64,000 nucleotides of DNA, taken from positions 55,917 to 119,916 of the forward strand of contig NIVC01002825.1 of assembly GCA_002269645.1 (NCBI GenBank), in the 5' to 3' direction. Below the pieces are notes generated by a model. The model was not told the DNA's origin. It made no database searches and saw only the letters and a list, made by a program, of their open reading frames with translations. Position 1 is the first letter of the stretch; the number at the start of each line of letters is the position of its first letter. Position numbers and translations under genes: made by a program. Origin of the DNA: Macrostomum lignano (Eukaryota). Below, one piece after another: positions 1-64,000 of the stretch.

Positions 1-975
1 CAATCAGTGATTGTAACTCACCTGTCCATGCCTTCAATCAGTGATTGTAACTCACCTGTCCATGCCTTCAATCAGTGATTGTAACTCACCTGTCCATGCC
101 TTCAATCAGTGATTGTAACTCACCTGTCCATGCCTTCAATCAGTGATTGTAACTCACCTGTCCATGCCTTCAATCAGTGATTGTAACTCACCTGTCCATG
201 CCTCAATCAGTGATTGTAACTCACCTGTCCATGCCTTCAATCAGTGATTAACTCACCTGTCCATGCCCTCAATCAGTGATTAAAACTCACCTGTCCATGC
301 CCTCAATCAGTGATTAAAACTCACCTGTCCATGCCTTCAATCAGTGATTATAACTCACCTGTCCATGCCTTCAATCAGTGATTGTAACTCACCTGTCCAT
401 GCCCTCAATCAGTGATTGTAACTCACCTGTCCATGCCCTCAATCAGTGATTATAACTCACCTGTCCATGCCTCAATCAGTGATTGTAACTCACCTGTCCA
501 TGCCTCAATCAGTGATTGTAACTCACCTGTCCATGCCCTCAATCAGTGATTGTAACTCACCTGTCCATGCCTCAATCAGTGATTATAACTCACCTATTCA
601 TGCCCTCAATCAGTGAATATAACTCACCTGTCCATGCCCTCAATCAGTGAATATAACTCACCTGTCTATGCCCTCAATCAGTGATTAAAACTCACCTGTC
701 CATGCCTTCAATCAGTGATTAAAACTCACCTGTCCATGCCTTCAATCAGTGATTAAAACTCACCTGTCCATGCCTTCAATCAGTGATTAAAACTCACCTG
801 TCCATGCCCTCAATCAGTGATTAAAACTCACCTGTCCATGCCTTCAATCAGTGATTAAAACTCACCTGTCCATGCCTTCAATCAGTGATTATAACTCACC
901 TATTCATGCCCTCAATCAGCGATTGTAACTCACCTGTCCATGCCCTCAATCAGCGATTACAACTCACCTGTCCAT
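1..975. repeat. 34-bp minisatellite (CAATCAGTGATTGTAACTCACCTGTCCATGCCTT), ~28 copies, runs off the window start
   Basis: Period read directly: unit starts at 1 and 35. The minus strand of each unit reads CATGGACAG|GTGAGTT, a splice-donor consensus. Confidence 0.97.
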
Positions 976-1312
976 GTCGTCATTGTCCCCTGTCAAAACA
1001 GGCAAAGCTCATTTTGAAATGGGATAATGTTGACATGATGGATAATAAATTCCAATGAAATCATCAAAATCATCATCAATAGTCTTCTGATCGTCTATAG
1101 CTGTCAATCATTTTTAGTTGACAATGGAATTGACGACTAACTTTAACTCACTACAAACTTTGAACGGATTCTGTAATTTAAAACAAATTATTTCCTTTGA
1201 ACTTTTTGCCTCTCTGTGATGTTATAAAATGCTACGTTTAAAAATCACAAAGCAGATTGAGAGACGTTTCCACGGACCAACTGAATTATTTAACCCCGAT
1301 AAAGATACGATT

Positions 1313-2982
1313 ATGCAAGCAAAATTTCAACTGGCCATGATGCTGTTGCTGCTGGCATTTCTGCTCTCTGCTCAGCTCGTAAGATAACAGGATTTTGAAC
1401 ATTTGTGTGTTTATCGTCTCTTAATACCATAGACACTGATGTTTTGTGTGCTTGTGAGCGCTGCAGGACCATAGACACTGATGTTTTGTGTGTTTGTGAG
1501 CGCTGCAGGACCATTGACACTGATGTTTTGTGTGTTTGTGAGCGCTGCAGGACCATTGACACTGATGTTTTGTGTGTTTGTGAGCGGTGCAGGACCATAG
1601 ACATTGATGTTTTTTGTGTTTGTGAGCGGTGCAGGACCATAGACACTGATGTTTTGTGTGCTTGTGAGCGCTGCAGGATCATAGACACTGATGTTTTGTG
1701 TGTTTGTGAGCGCTGCAGGACCATTGACACTGATGTTTTGTGTGTTTGTGAGCGGTGCAGGACCATAGACATTGATGTTTTTTGTGTTTGTGAGCGCTGC
1801 AGGACCATAGACACTGATGTTTTGTGTGTTTGTGAGCGCTGCAGGACCATTGACACTGATGTTTTGTGTGTTTGTGAGCGCTGCAGGACCATAGACATTG
1901 ATGTTTTTTGTGTTTGTGAGCGGTGCAGGACCATAGGCACTGATGTTTTTTGTGTTTGTGAGCGCTGCAGGACCATAGACATTGATGTTTTTTGTGTTTG
2001 TGAGCGCTGCAGGACCATAGGCACTGATGTTTTGTGTGTTTGTGAGCGCTGCAGGACCATTGACACTGATGTTTTGTGTGTTTGTGAGCGGTGCTGGACC
2101 ATAGACACTGATGTTTTGTGTTTGTGAGCGCTGCAGGACCATAGACACTGATGTTTTGTGTGTTTGTGAGCGCTGAAGGACCATAGACATTGATGTTTTG
2201 TGTGTTTGTGAGCGGTGCAGGACCATAGACACTGATGTTTTGTGTGTTTGTGAGCGGTGCAGGACCATTGACACTGATGTTTTGTGTGTTTGTGAGCGCT
2301 GCAGGACCATAGACATTGATGTTTTTGTGTTTGTGAGCGCTGCAGGACCATAGACAATGATGTTTTGTGTGTTTGTGAGCGGTGCAGGACCATAGACATT
2401 GATGTTTTTTGTCTTTGTGAGCGCTGCAGGATCATAGACACTGATGTTTTGTGTGTTTGTGAGCGCTGCAGGACCATAGACACTGATGTTTTGTGTGTTT
2501 GTGAGCGCTGCAGGACCATAGACATTGATGTTTTTTGTGTTTGTGAGCGCTGCAGAACCATAGGCACTGATGTTTTTTGTGTTTGTGAGCGGTGCAGGAC
2601 CATAGACATTGATGTTTTTTGTGTTTGTGAGCGCTGCAGGACCATAGGCACTGATGTTTTGTGTGTTTGTCCTTGCAGGACCATAGCCACAGATGTTTTA
2701 TGTCCTTGTGAGCGGTGCAGGACCATAGACACTGGTTTACTTAACAGTTCAATTATTTTTTTATAATTAATTATTTGTCATAACTCTCTTCACGAGTATT
2801 TTAACTAAATACAGTCGACCGGTAATCTCAATCGAGTCGGAGGAGGAAGAAGTCCAGCCAATCCTGAAATGCGTCAAGGCCAGGTGGAGCAGCCGGAGGA
2901 GCACAGCTCGTCTGACATTGGCAGCCCGCCGCTCTGCAGCCTGAGCAGCTATTGCGTGAATGACAGGCCGCCAGATGAGTGA
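1313..2982 (+). CDS. Candidate small secreted peptide, 77 aa, exons 1313-1378 and 2815-2982
   Basis: Exon 1 MQAKFQLAMMLLLLAFLLSAQL looks like a signal peptide and ends at CTC|GTAAGA. The acceptor ACTAAATACAG at 2814 continues in phase 0 as STGNLNRVGGGRSPANPEMRQGQVEQPEEHSSSDIGSPPLCSLSSYCVNDRPPDE*. No family recognised; the 3' end is uncertain. Confidence 0.5.
1424..2735. repeat. 42-bp minisatellite (GACCATAGACACTGATGTTTTGTGTGTTTGTGAGCGCTGCAG), ~31 copies, intronic
   Basis: Direct tandem periodicity. It explains the TIDTDVLCVCERCR and SMVLQRSQTHKTSV ORFs. Confidence 0.96.
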
Positions 2983-3166
2983 GATGGCAGCTTGCGTCAT
3001 ATAGACTATTTGGCACCCGCATCTCACTGAAAGGCAGTTATGAGCTCGTAAAATGACGCAAATATATAATATCTGACCGAAGCAAGGCATCTCGTTAATT
3101 GGTTTTTCTCCGAGTACCTGAAGCTCTCGTTATTTGTTTTGTTGTCTTTGAGTTTTCTGCATGTAC

Positions 3167-4400
3167 GAGTCTGCCTCTCCTCCCTGTCTCTTATCTATGA
3201 GTCTGCCTCTCCACTCTGTCTCTTATCTATGAGTCTGCCTCTCCTCCCTGTCTCTTATCTATGAGTCTGCCTCTCCTCCCTGTCTCTTATCTATGAGTCT
3301 GCCTCTCCTCCCTGTCTCTTATCTATGAGTCTGCCTCTCCACACTGTCTCTTATCTATGAGTCTGCCTCTCCTCCCTGTCTCTTATCTATGAGTCTGCCT
3401 CTCCTCCCTGTCTCTTATCTATGAGTCTGCCTCTCCACTCTGTCTCTTATCTATGAGTCTGCCTCTCCACACTGTCTCTTATCTATGAGTCTGCCTCTCC
3501 TCCCTGTCTCTTATCTATGAGTCTGCCTCTCCACACTGTCTCTTATCTATGAGTCTGCCTCTCCACACTGTCTCTTATCTATGAGTCTGCCTCTCCTCCC
3601 TGTCTCTTATCTATGAGTCTGCCTCTCCTCCCTGTCTCTTATCTATGAGTCTGCCTCTCCACTCTGTCTCTTATCTATGAGTCTTCCTCTCCTCCCTGTC
3701 TCTTATCTATGAGTCTGCCTCTCCACACTGTCTCTTATCTATGAGTCTGCCTCTCCACACTGTCTCTTATCTATGAGTCTGCCTCTCCACACTGTCTCTT
3801 ATCTATGAGTCTGCCTCTCCTCCCTGTCTCTTATCTATGAGTCTGCCTCTCCACTCTGTCTCTTATCTATGAGTCTGCCTCTCCACACTGTCTCTTATCT
3901 ATGAGTCTGCCTCTCCACACTGTCTCTTATCTATGAGTCTGCCTCTCCTCCCTGTCTCTTATCTATGAGTCTGCCTCTCCACACTGTCTCTTATCTATGA
4001 GTCTGCCTCTCCACACTGTCTCTTATCTATGAGTCTGCCTCTCCTCCCTGTCTCTTATCTATGAGTCTGCCTCTCCACACTGTCTCTTATCTATGAGTCT
4101 GCCTCTCCACACTGTCTCTTATCTATGAGTCTGCCTCTCCACACTGTCTCTTATCTATGAGTCTGCCTCTCCACACTGTCTCTTATCTATGAGTCTGCCT
4201 CTCCACACTGTCTCTTATCTATGAGTCTGCCTCTCCACACTGTTTCTTATCTATGAGTCTGCCTCTCCACACTGTCTCTTATCTATGAGTCTGCCTCTCC
4301 ACACTGTCTCTTATCTATGAGTCTGCCTCTCCACACTGTCTCTTATCTATGAGTCTGCCTCTCCACACTGTCTCTTATCTATGAGTCTGCCTCCCCGCTC
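3167..4400. repeat. 32-bp minisatellite (GAGTCTGCCTCTCCTCCCTGTCTCTTATCTAT), ~38 copies
   Basis: Unit starts at 3167 and 3199, with variants CCTCC/CCACA/CCACT. Confidence 0.97.
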
Positions 4401-4979
4401 CCTGTATCATATTTTATTAGTAAAGGAACGTATTAAATACTTAAGACTATTTCAGGCTATAGACGTTTTATGAAACACTGTAACCTTTGGTCAATAGTTA
4501 GTTAGGAGTTGTTTAAAAATTATTTCGTTGTATAGCTCGTATGTAGCACTTCATGAATATTTTTCGAATTATTATATACGTGAATATATATTTTTTAACT
4601 TTCTAAAAAACTTTCATAGCAAGGGGTAACAACTGATCGATTCTCAATATCAAATTTGAGATTCCATACAGAAAGTCAAGGAAGCTCCGGGATATCAGCT
4701 CGAATACTTGTACATCAGGATTAGCATTTGAAAGGCTCGATAATAAATACGTGGAATAAAAATTCATTTCAGCTACTAGAAGTAGGCGAATAGCGCAGCT
4801 ATTCTGAAGCGATGCAAGCTAGCAAAAATTGAAGTCATATTCTTACTTATTTTAGTTATTTTAAAATTTGAGCGTAACTCTTGCAGATAAAAAGTCATTT
4901 TAGCTTAATAATGTCACAATAAAATTATTTTTTTCTTGACTAGAATGCAAACGATTGTTTTTGTCAGCACCAACTGACA

Positions 4980-5570
4980 TTCTCAAGCCAATCTCTAATC
5001 TTAAGCCAATCTCTAATCTCAAGCCAATCTTTAATCTCAACCCAAATCTCTAATCTCAAGCCAATCTCTAATCTCAAGCCAATCTCTAATCTCAATCCAA
5101 ATCTCTAATCTCAAGCCAATCTCTAATCTCAAGCCAATCTCTAATTTCAAGCCTAATCTCTAATCTCAAACCAATCTCTAATCTCAAGCCAATCTCTAAT
5201 CTCAAGCCAATCTCTAATCTCAACCCAAATCTCTAATCTCAAGCCAATCTCTAATCTCAAGCCAATCTCTAACCTCAACCTAAATCTCTAATCTCAAGCC
5301 AATCTCTAATCTCAAGCCAATCTCTAAGCTCAAGCCAATCTTTAATCTCAACCCAAATCTCTAATCTCAAGCTAAATCTCTAATCTCAATCCAATCTCAA
5401 ATCTCATGCCAATCTCTAATCTCAAGCCAATCTCTAATCTCAAGCAAATCTCTAATCTCAAGCCAATCTCTAATCTCAAGCTAAATCTCTAATCTCAATC
5501 CAATCTCAAATCTCAAGCCAATCTCTAATCTCAAGCCAATCTCTAATCTAAAGCAAATCTCTATTCTCAG
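4980..5570. repeat. 18-20-bp minisatellite (AATCTCTAATCTCAAGCC)
   Basis: Tandem array directly downstream of the stop codon of the minus-strand gene. Confidence 0.95.
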
Positions 5571-5578
5571 CTTCATTG

Positions 5579-14497
<8,919 letters not shown>

Positions 14498-14906
14498 TGT
14501 GCGGCCGACAATGCAATTGCTTGCCGTAATTGTGAAAAATGTATATTAGGTCGATTTGAAAGTTCGATTCAGGTGGAAATTATGGAATGAAAAAACAAGT
14601 CAAAATTAAGCAGCCTAAATAAAACATTCAGGATCTAATTATAGTCAAGACTATTGTTAGTGGTTTTTCAAAGCATTAAAAAACGAAAGCGTACTTAAAA
14701 AAATAAATTATGAGTTATTAGCTAGTTATCTTGCAGTTACTTTATTTTAATGCGCTCAGGCGGACTTAAAGTTTTAGAGAATTTGAAATTGTTCCGATGT
14801 TTCCTGTAAAATTCTCAAGTAATTAGCAAGCCTTGTGTATTTCGTTATTAATCCACACTCCGCTGTACTTGTATTTCGCTTTCTACTGGAATAAATTGAT
14901 GATGTT
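14498..14906. promoter_or_regulatory. Short AT-rich interval between divergent start codons, candidate bidirectional promoter
   Basis: Minus-strand ATG at 14497 and plus-strand ATG at 14907. No core promoter element positively identified. Confidence 0.45.
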
Positions 14907-45446
<30,540 letters not shown>

Positions 45447-46386
45447 NNNNNNNNNNNNNNNNNNNNNNNNNNNNNNNNNNNNNNNNNNNNNNNNNNNNNN
45501 NNNNNNNNNNNNNNNNNNNNNNNNNNNNNNNNNNNNNNNNNNNNNNNNNNNNNNNNNNNNNNNNNNNNNNNNNNNNNNNNNNNNNNNNNNNNNNNNNNNN
45601 NNNNNNNNNNNNNNNNNNNNNNNNNNNNNNNNNNNNNNNNNNNNNNNNNNNNNNNNNNNNNNNNNNNNNNNNNNNNNNNNNNNNNNNNNNNNNNNNNNNN
45701 NNNNNNNNNNNNNNNNNNNNNNNNNNNNNNNNNNNNNNNNNNNNNNNNNNNNNNNNNNNNNNNNNNNNNNNNNNNNNNNNNNNNNNNNNNNNNNNNNNNN
45801 NNNNNNNNNNNNNNNNNNNNNNNNNNNNNNNNNNNNNNNNNNNNNNNNNNNNNNNNNNNNNNNNNNNNNNNNNNNNNNNNNNNNNNNNNNNNNNNNNNNN
45901 NNNNNNNNNNNNNNNNNNNNNNNNNNNNNNNNNNNNNNNNNNNNNNNNNNNNNNNNNNNNNNNNNNNNNNNNNNNNNNNNNNNNNNNNNNNNNNNNNNNN
46001 NNNNNNNNNNNNNNNNNNNNNNNNNNNNNNNNNNNNNNNNNNNNNNNNNNNNNNNNNNNNNNNNNNNNNNNNNNNNNNNNNNNNNNNNNNNNNNNNNNNN
46101 NNNNNNNNNNNNNNNNNNNNNNNNNNNNNNNNNNNNNNNNNNNNNNNNNNNNNNNNNNNNNNNNNNNNNNNNNNNNNNNNNNNNNNNNNNNNNNNNNNNN
46201 NNNNNNNNNNNNNNNNNNNNNNNNNNNNNNNNNNNNNNNNNNNNNNNNNNNNNNNNNNNNNNNNNNNNNNNNNNNNNNNNNNNNNNNNNNNNNNNNNNNN
46301 NNNNNNNNNNNNNNNNNNNNNNNNNNNNNNNNNNNNNNNNNNNNNNNNNNNNNNNNNNNNNNNNNNNNNNNNNNNNNNNNNNNNNN
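45447..46386. other. Assembly gap (940 N)
   Basis: Run of N flanked by two different tandem repeats. Confidence 1.
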
Positions 46387-47860
46387 TGAGAGTGACACTG
46401 AGACAGACACTGAGACAGACACTGAGACAGACACTGGGACAGACACTGAGACAGTACTGGGACAGACACTGAGACTGACACTTGAGACAGACTGAGGACA
46501 GACACTGAGACAGACACTGGGACAGACACTGAGACTGACACTGAGACAGACACTGAGACAGGCACTGAGACAGACACTGGGACAGACACTGGGACAGACA
46601 CTGGGACAGACACTGAGACTGACACTGAGACAGACACTGGGACAGACACTGGGACAGACACTGGGACAGACACTAAGACAGACACTGAGACAGACACTGG
46701 GACAGACACTGGGACAGACACTGGGACAGACACTGGGACAGACACTGAGACAGACACTGGGACAGACACTGGGACAGACACTGGGACAGACACTGAGACA
46801 GACACTGGGACAGACACTGGGACAGACACTAAGACAGACACTAAGACAGACACTGGGACAGACACTGGGACAGACACTGGGACAGACACTGGGACAGACA
46901 CTGGGACAGACACTGGGACAGACACTGAGACAGACACTGGGACAGACACTGAGACAGACACTAAGACAGACACTGGGACAGACACTGGGACAGACACACA
47001 CGAGACTGACACTGAGACAGACACTGAGAGACAGACACTGGACAGACCTAAGAAGACAGACACTGAGACAGACACTGGGACAGACACTGAGACTGACACT
47101 GAGACAGACACTGAGACTGACACTGAGACAGACACTGGGACAGACACTGGGACAGACACTAGGACAGACACTGGGACAGACACTGAGACAGACACTGGGA
47201 CAGACACTGAGACAGACACTGGGACAGACACTAGGACAGACACTGGGACAGACACTGGGACAGACACTGAGACAGACACTGGGACAGACACTGAGACAGA
47301 CGCTGGGACAGACACTGAGACAGACGCTGGGACAGACACTGGGACAGACACTAAGACAGACACTGGGACACCATGGGACAGGCACTCTGAGACAGATACT
47401 GGGACAGGCACTGAGACAGACCACTAAGACAGACACTAAGACAGACACTGGGACAGACACTGAGCAGACACTGAGACAGACATTGGGACAGACACTGGGA
47501 CAGACACTGGACAGACACTGGGACAGATACTGGGACGGGCACTGAGACAGATACTAAGACAGACACTGGGACAGACACTAAGACAGACACTGGGACAGAC
47601 ACTGAGAATGACACTGAGAACAGATACTAAGACAGACACTGGACAGACACTAAGACAGACACTGGCGACAGATACTGAGACAGACACTAAGACAGGCGCT
47701 AAGACCGACGGGAAGGCAGAGACTGAACAGTTACTAAGACAGACAGACACTAAGGGCGCTAAGACTGACAGAAGCAGAGACTGGACAGTTACTAAGACAG
47801 ACAGACACTAAGACAGGCGCTAAGACCGACAGGAAGGCAGAGACTGGGACAGTTACTAAG
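46387..47860. repeat. 12-bp minisatellite (G[G/A]GACAGACACT), degenerating rightwards
   Basis: Tandem array derived from a CAGA-like core. Confidence 0.95.
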
Positions 47861-48654
47861 ACAGAAGCTACTCAAGCTGAGTTCGCCATCCCAGACAGCG
47901 TGACAGGCAGCTCCTAGCCGTGTCGTCTGTCAGTCACGGTCTTCACAACTGTTTTCTGGTTGAGTGGCCTCAAACTCGAGCTCAGTGTGGAATGCAGTCG
48001 TGTTGCAATGATTCATGTTCGACAGAGCGTGAAATTAGCATAAGGGAGGCTAAAAGCGAGAGTAGCAAGTGATGCAGCAGTCCGATCAAGTTTCCATCCT
48101 AATTTTTTGGCTACCGAGTCAAGCCACACTAAATATTCCCTAGCGATCCAACGCCTTTCTCAAATTATTTTCTGCCAGCATAATCTCATTAATTATGCCG
48201 CGGTTGGTGCCGCATTCCAATGAAGCGGTATTCGCTAGTTGGACAATTTCTGCCATCCAGAAAAAATGTGTGTCCGTTTTCTGTTTCTGCTATTCTCTGA
48301 AAATAATGCTGGTGAGTTGCTAAGCAACATGGCAGTGCAGCATTGGAGGGCAGAAATTTGACAAAAAAACTAGGCAGAGGCACGAGCGAGGGAACGAAAA
48401 TTTGAAAAATCCTACATCAGTAAAAAAAAAGCTTGCAGAGATCTTTACAATTGCTGACAAAGACAGCTTTTGCTCCTAGCATATTTTGCAGCGCTTGGCG
48501 TTCTGGCACGCAAATTCAGCAGCCGAGAGACTAACTGGAAATAAAAAAGTAAAAGTCTGGAAACATCCTCTATAACCAACCAGGAAGCATGCTCAATGAC
48601 CGAGAAATTTATACTGTATGACAAGTCGACAAACGATATGACCCATTGAGAAAC

Positions 48655-48975
48655 ATTCTCATGACACATTAGGAAACACCCTCTATGACCCATTAGGAAA
48701 CACCCTCTATGACCCATTAGGAAACACTCTCATGACCCATTAGGAAACACTCTCTATGACCCATTAGGAAACACTCTCATGACCCATTAGGAAACACTCT
48801 CTATGACCCATTAGGAAACACTCTCTATGACCCATTAGGAAACACTCTCTATGACCCATTAGGAAACACTCTCTATGACCCATTAGGAAACACTCTCTAT
48901 GACCCATTAGGAAACACTCTCTATGACCCATTAGGAAACACTCTCTATGACCCATTAGGAAACACTCTCTAGAAA
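48655..48975. repeat. 24-bp minisatellite (ATGACCCATTAGGAAACACTCTCT)
   Basis: Tandem array. Confidence 0.95.
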
Positions 48976-49099
48976 ACATCGAAAACTCTCTATGAACGAT
49001 CAGGAAAAAAACTTTTATAAAAGCTCAGCAAAAGAATGTGACAAAAACTTTTTATCCATAGCAGAGCAGCGTTTCATCTAAGCTACCACATGTGCTAGT

Positions 49100-61800
<12,701 letters not shown>

Positions 61801-61987
61801 TAGCGCCGAAAAAAGAATTTTTGCCGGTACTTATCCCTGCCCCCACCCCTGATCTGGCTGCAGAGCCCCGTCGTGCGTTTCTAAATTTTGCCTTCCTTCC
61901 TCAGGGGCTTCGCTGCCGCTGCGGCATCGGCGTGGGGAGCCGATTGGCAGAGGCGAGAGGGAGACTGCCATTGGCTGGCGATGCTGG

Positions 61988-62371
<384 letters not shown>

Positions 62372-62864
62372 TTCACTCACAATCATCTATTTATGTACAA
62401 TTTTGCGGCACGCATTGAGCAGCGGTTGAGTAGCCGCAAAATGTGTTGATTTGGGCAGCCAAACAGCAATTACTTGCAGCTCATTTGTACAACACTCAAC
62501 AGTGAGATCAGCTGCAATGCTTAGTTCCGAGCCAGAAGGCAATATTTCCCCACTCGGTTCCCCAGCTAAATGCTCCGCATCTGCACCGTGACCTGGGCAC
62601 GGGCCTGGCTTGCTCCCCTCTTCATAAAATATTCACGATATTTTTCGTAAAATTGATTACCTTCTGCGGAGGCGGACTCGAGGTTCGGTGCTCCAGGAGC
62701 GGAGTGAGGTGAGCAGACTGGATACAGCTGATGTATGTTTGATCGACAGATCTGCTACCGATAAATATTGCATTGAATCCCTGAAAACGCATCTGGTGTA
62801 CATGCATTTAGATCTATAGACACACACTGGATGCATTTAGATATATAGACACACATTGAACCAA

Positions 62865-63290
62865 CACACAATCTGCTTGGGATCTGTTCAAATTTTGATT
62901 GGAATCTTCGCACAATCAGCTTGGAATCTACGCACAATCTGCTTGGAATCTACGCACAATCTGCTTGGAATCTACGCAGAATCTGCTTCGAATCTACCAC
63001 AATCTGCTTGGAATCTACGCACAATCTGCTTGGAATCTACGCACAATCAGCTTGGAATCTACGCAGAATCTGCTTGGAATCTACCCACAATCTGCTTGGA
63101 ATCTACGCACAATCTGCTTGGAATCTACGCAGAATCTGCTTCGAATCTACCCACAATCTGCTTGGAATCTACGCACAATCTGCTTGGAATCTACGCAGAA
63201 TCTGCTTCGAATCTACCCACAATCTGCTTGGAATCTACGCACAATCTGCTTCGAATCTACGCACAATCTGCTTCTAATCTACCCAACAAT
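62865..63290. repeat. 22-bp minisatellite (AATCTGCTTGGAATCTACGCAC)
   Basis: Tandem array. Confidence 0.95.
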
Positions 63291-64000
63291 ACGCTTGGAA
63301 ACGCAAACATGCTAGAACGAGAATCTGAGCTTGTTAATTACTAACTGACGAGGACAGAATGAGGCAAAGATTCAACATAGGGTTCGATTCAACTTCTCAT
63401 CTATCTATCCGAACTTGATTAAAAAGTTTAAATTAAAAAGTTGACACTTGAAATGAAATCGGCAGATTGCAGTCAGGCGGCTGAATTCCCTGTCCGAAGG
63501 GTACATTGTCCGTGGGAAGATTGTCACCAAGGGAAACTGCAGGTCTCGCATGTCGGTCGCAGTAAGTGTAGTCAATTAGCCGTGAGGGGACGACGCCGTG
63601 GGTGGTTGACTGGTTGGCGAAGTTCGGGGATAAAAAATGAGTTAAAAATTAAAAAACTTATTGGTACGTATAAGACAACGTCCACTAATGAGTAGCAAGG
63701 ACAGAATTTGAAGCGAATCTTTTACAGCGTGCACAAAAAGGTTGAACAGAGCTAGCTTCGAACCCGCGTGTCAAGTAACAACGATAAAGACTCTCAGCAG
63801 TCGTCCTGAGCTATTGCAAGTTCGAATCTCACTTTTGAACACGGCTCGTAGAAGCTCACAGTCAGGACCGCTGTACACCCTTGTTTGTGAGCGTTTCGGC
63901 AATTTGAAAGCCAGCAATTTGTTGTGCAAGCCATTATTTTTTGTGAGCGCTTCAATTTTAACTTTGCATTGAATTGTGCTCAGCCTCTCCTGAGTATCAT

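Noticed and set aside
48130-48640. Further minus-strand exons (e.g. MAEIVQLANTASLECGTNRGIINEIMLAENNLRKALDR*)
   Set aside because: Plausible splice sites, but I could not build a phase-consistent chain or recognise homology, so they are left unannotated.

Overview
Eukaryotic (metazoan) genomic DNA with spliceosomal GT-AG introns. There are no prokaryotic features, operons or CRISPR arrays. The very dense intronic mini/microsatellites and GC-rich poly-Ala exons suggest a flatworm such as Macrostomum; this is inference, not verified. I rebuilt gene models by hand from splice signals and phase continuity. (1) A small 2-exon secreted-peptide candidate (+, 1313-2982). (2) A single-pass membrane protein resembling KIAA1549/UPF0606 (-, 5579-14497). 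(3) Divergent from it, 409 bp away, a neurobeachin-like NBEAL1/2-type BEACH gene (+, 14907-44778). Its 24 phase-consistent exons encode about 2267 aa, and it breaks off mid-BEACH domain before a 940-N gap. (4) A weakly supported minus-strand gene whose 12.2-kb intron (49292-61488) holds an ~11.7-kb segment bounded by inverted repeats. That segment sits between two co-oriented (CAGA)n tracts and carries a ~36-copy 238-bp satellite plus decayed coding remnants. Almost every long intron is filled by its own tandem repeat, and most long ORFs in the supplied track are translations of these repeats. The most notable observations are the inverted-repeat-bounded satellite carrier, a 28S rRNA-like fragment eroded exactly at the R2/I-PpoI target, tandem repeats seeded at splice donors, a repeat family in inverted orientation in two introns, and an intronic AP-1 motif cluster.
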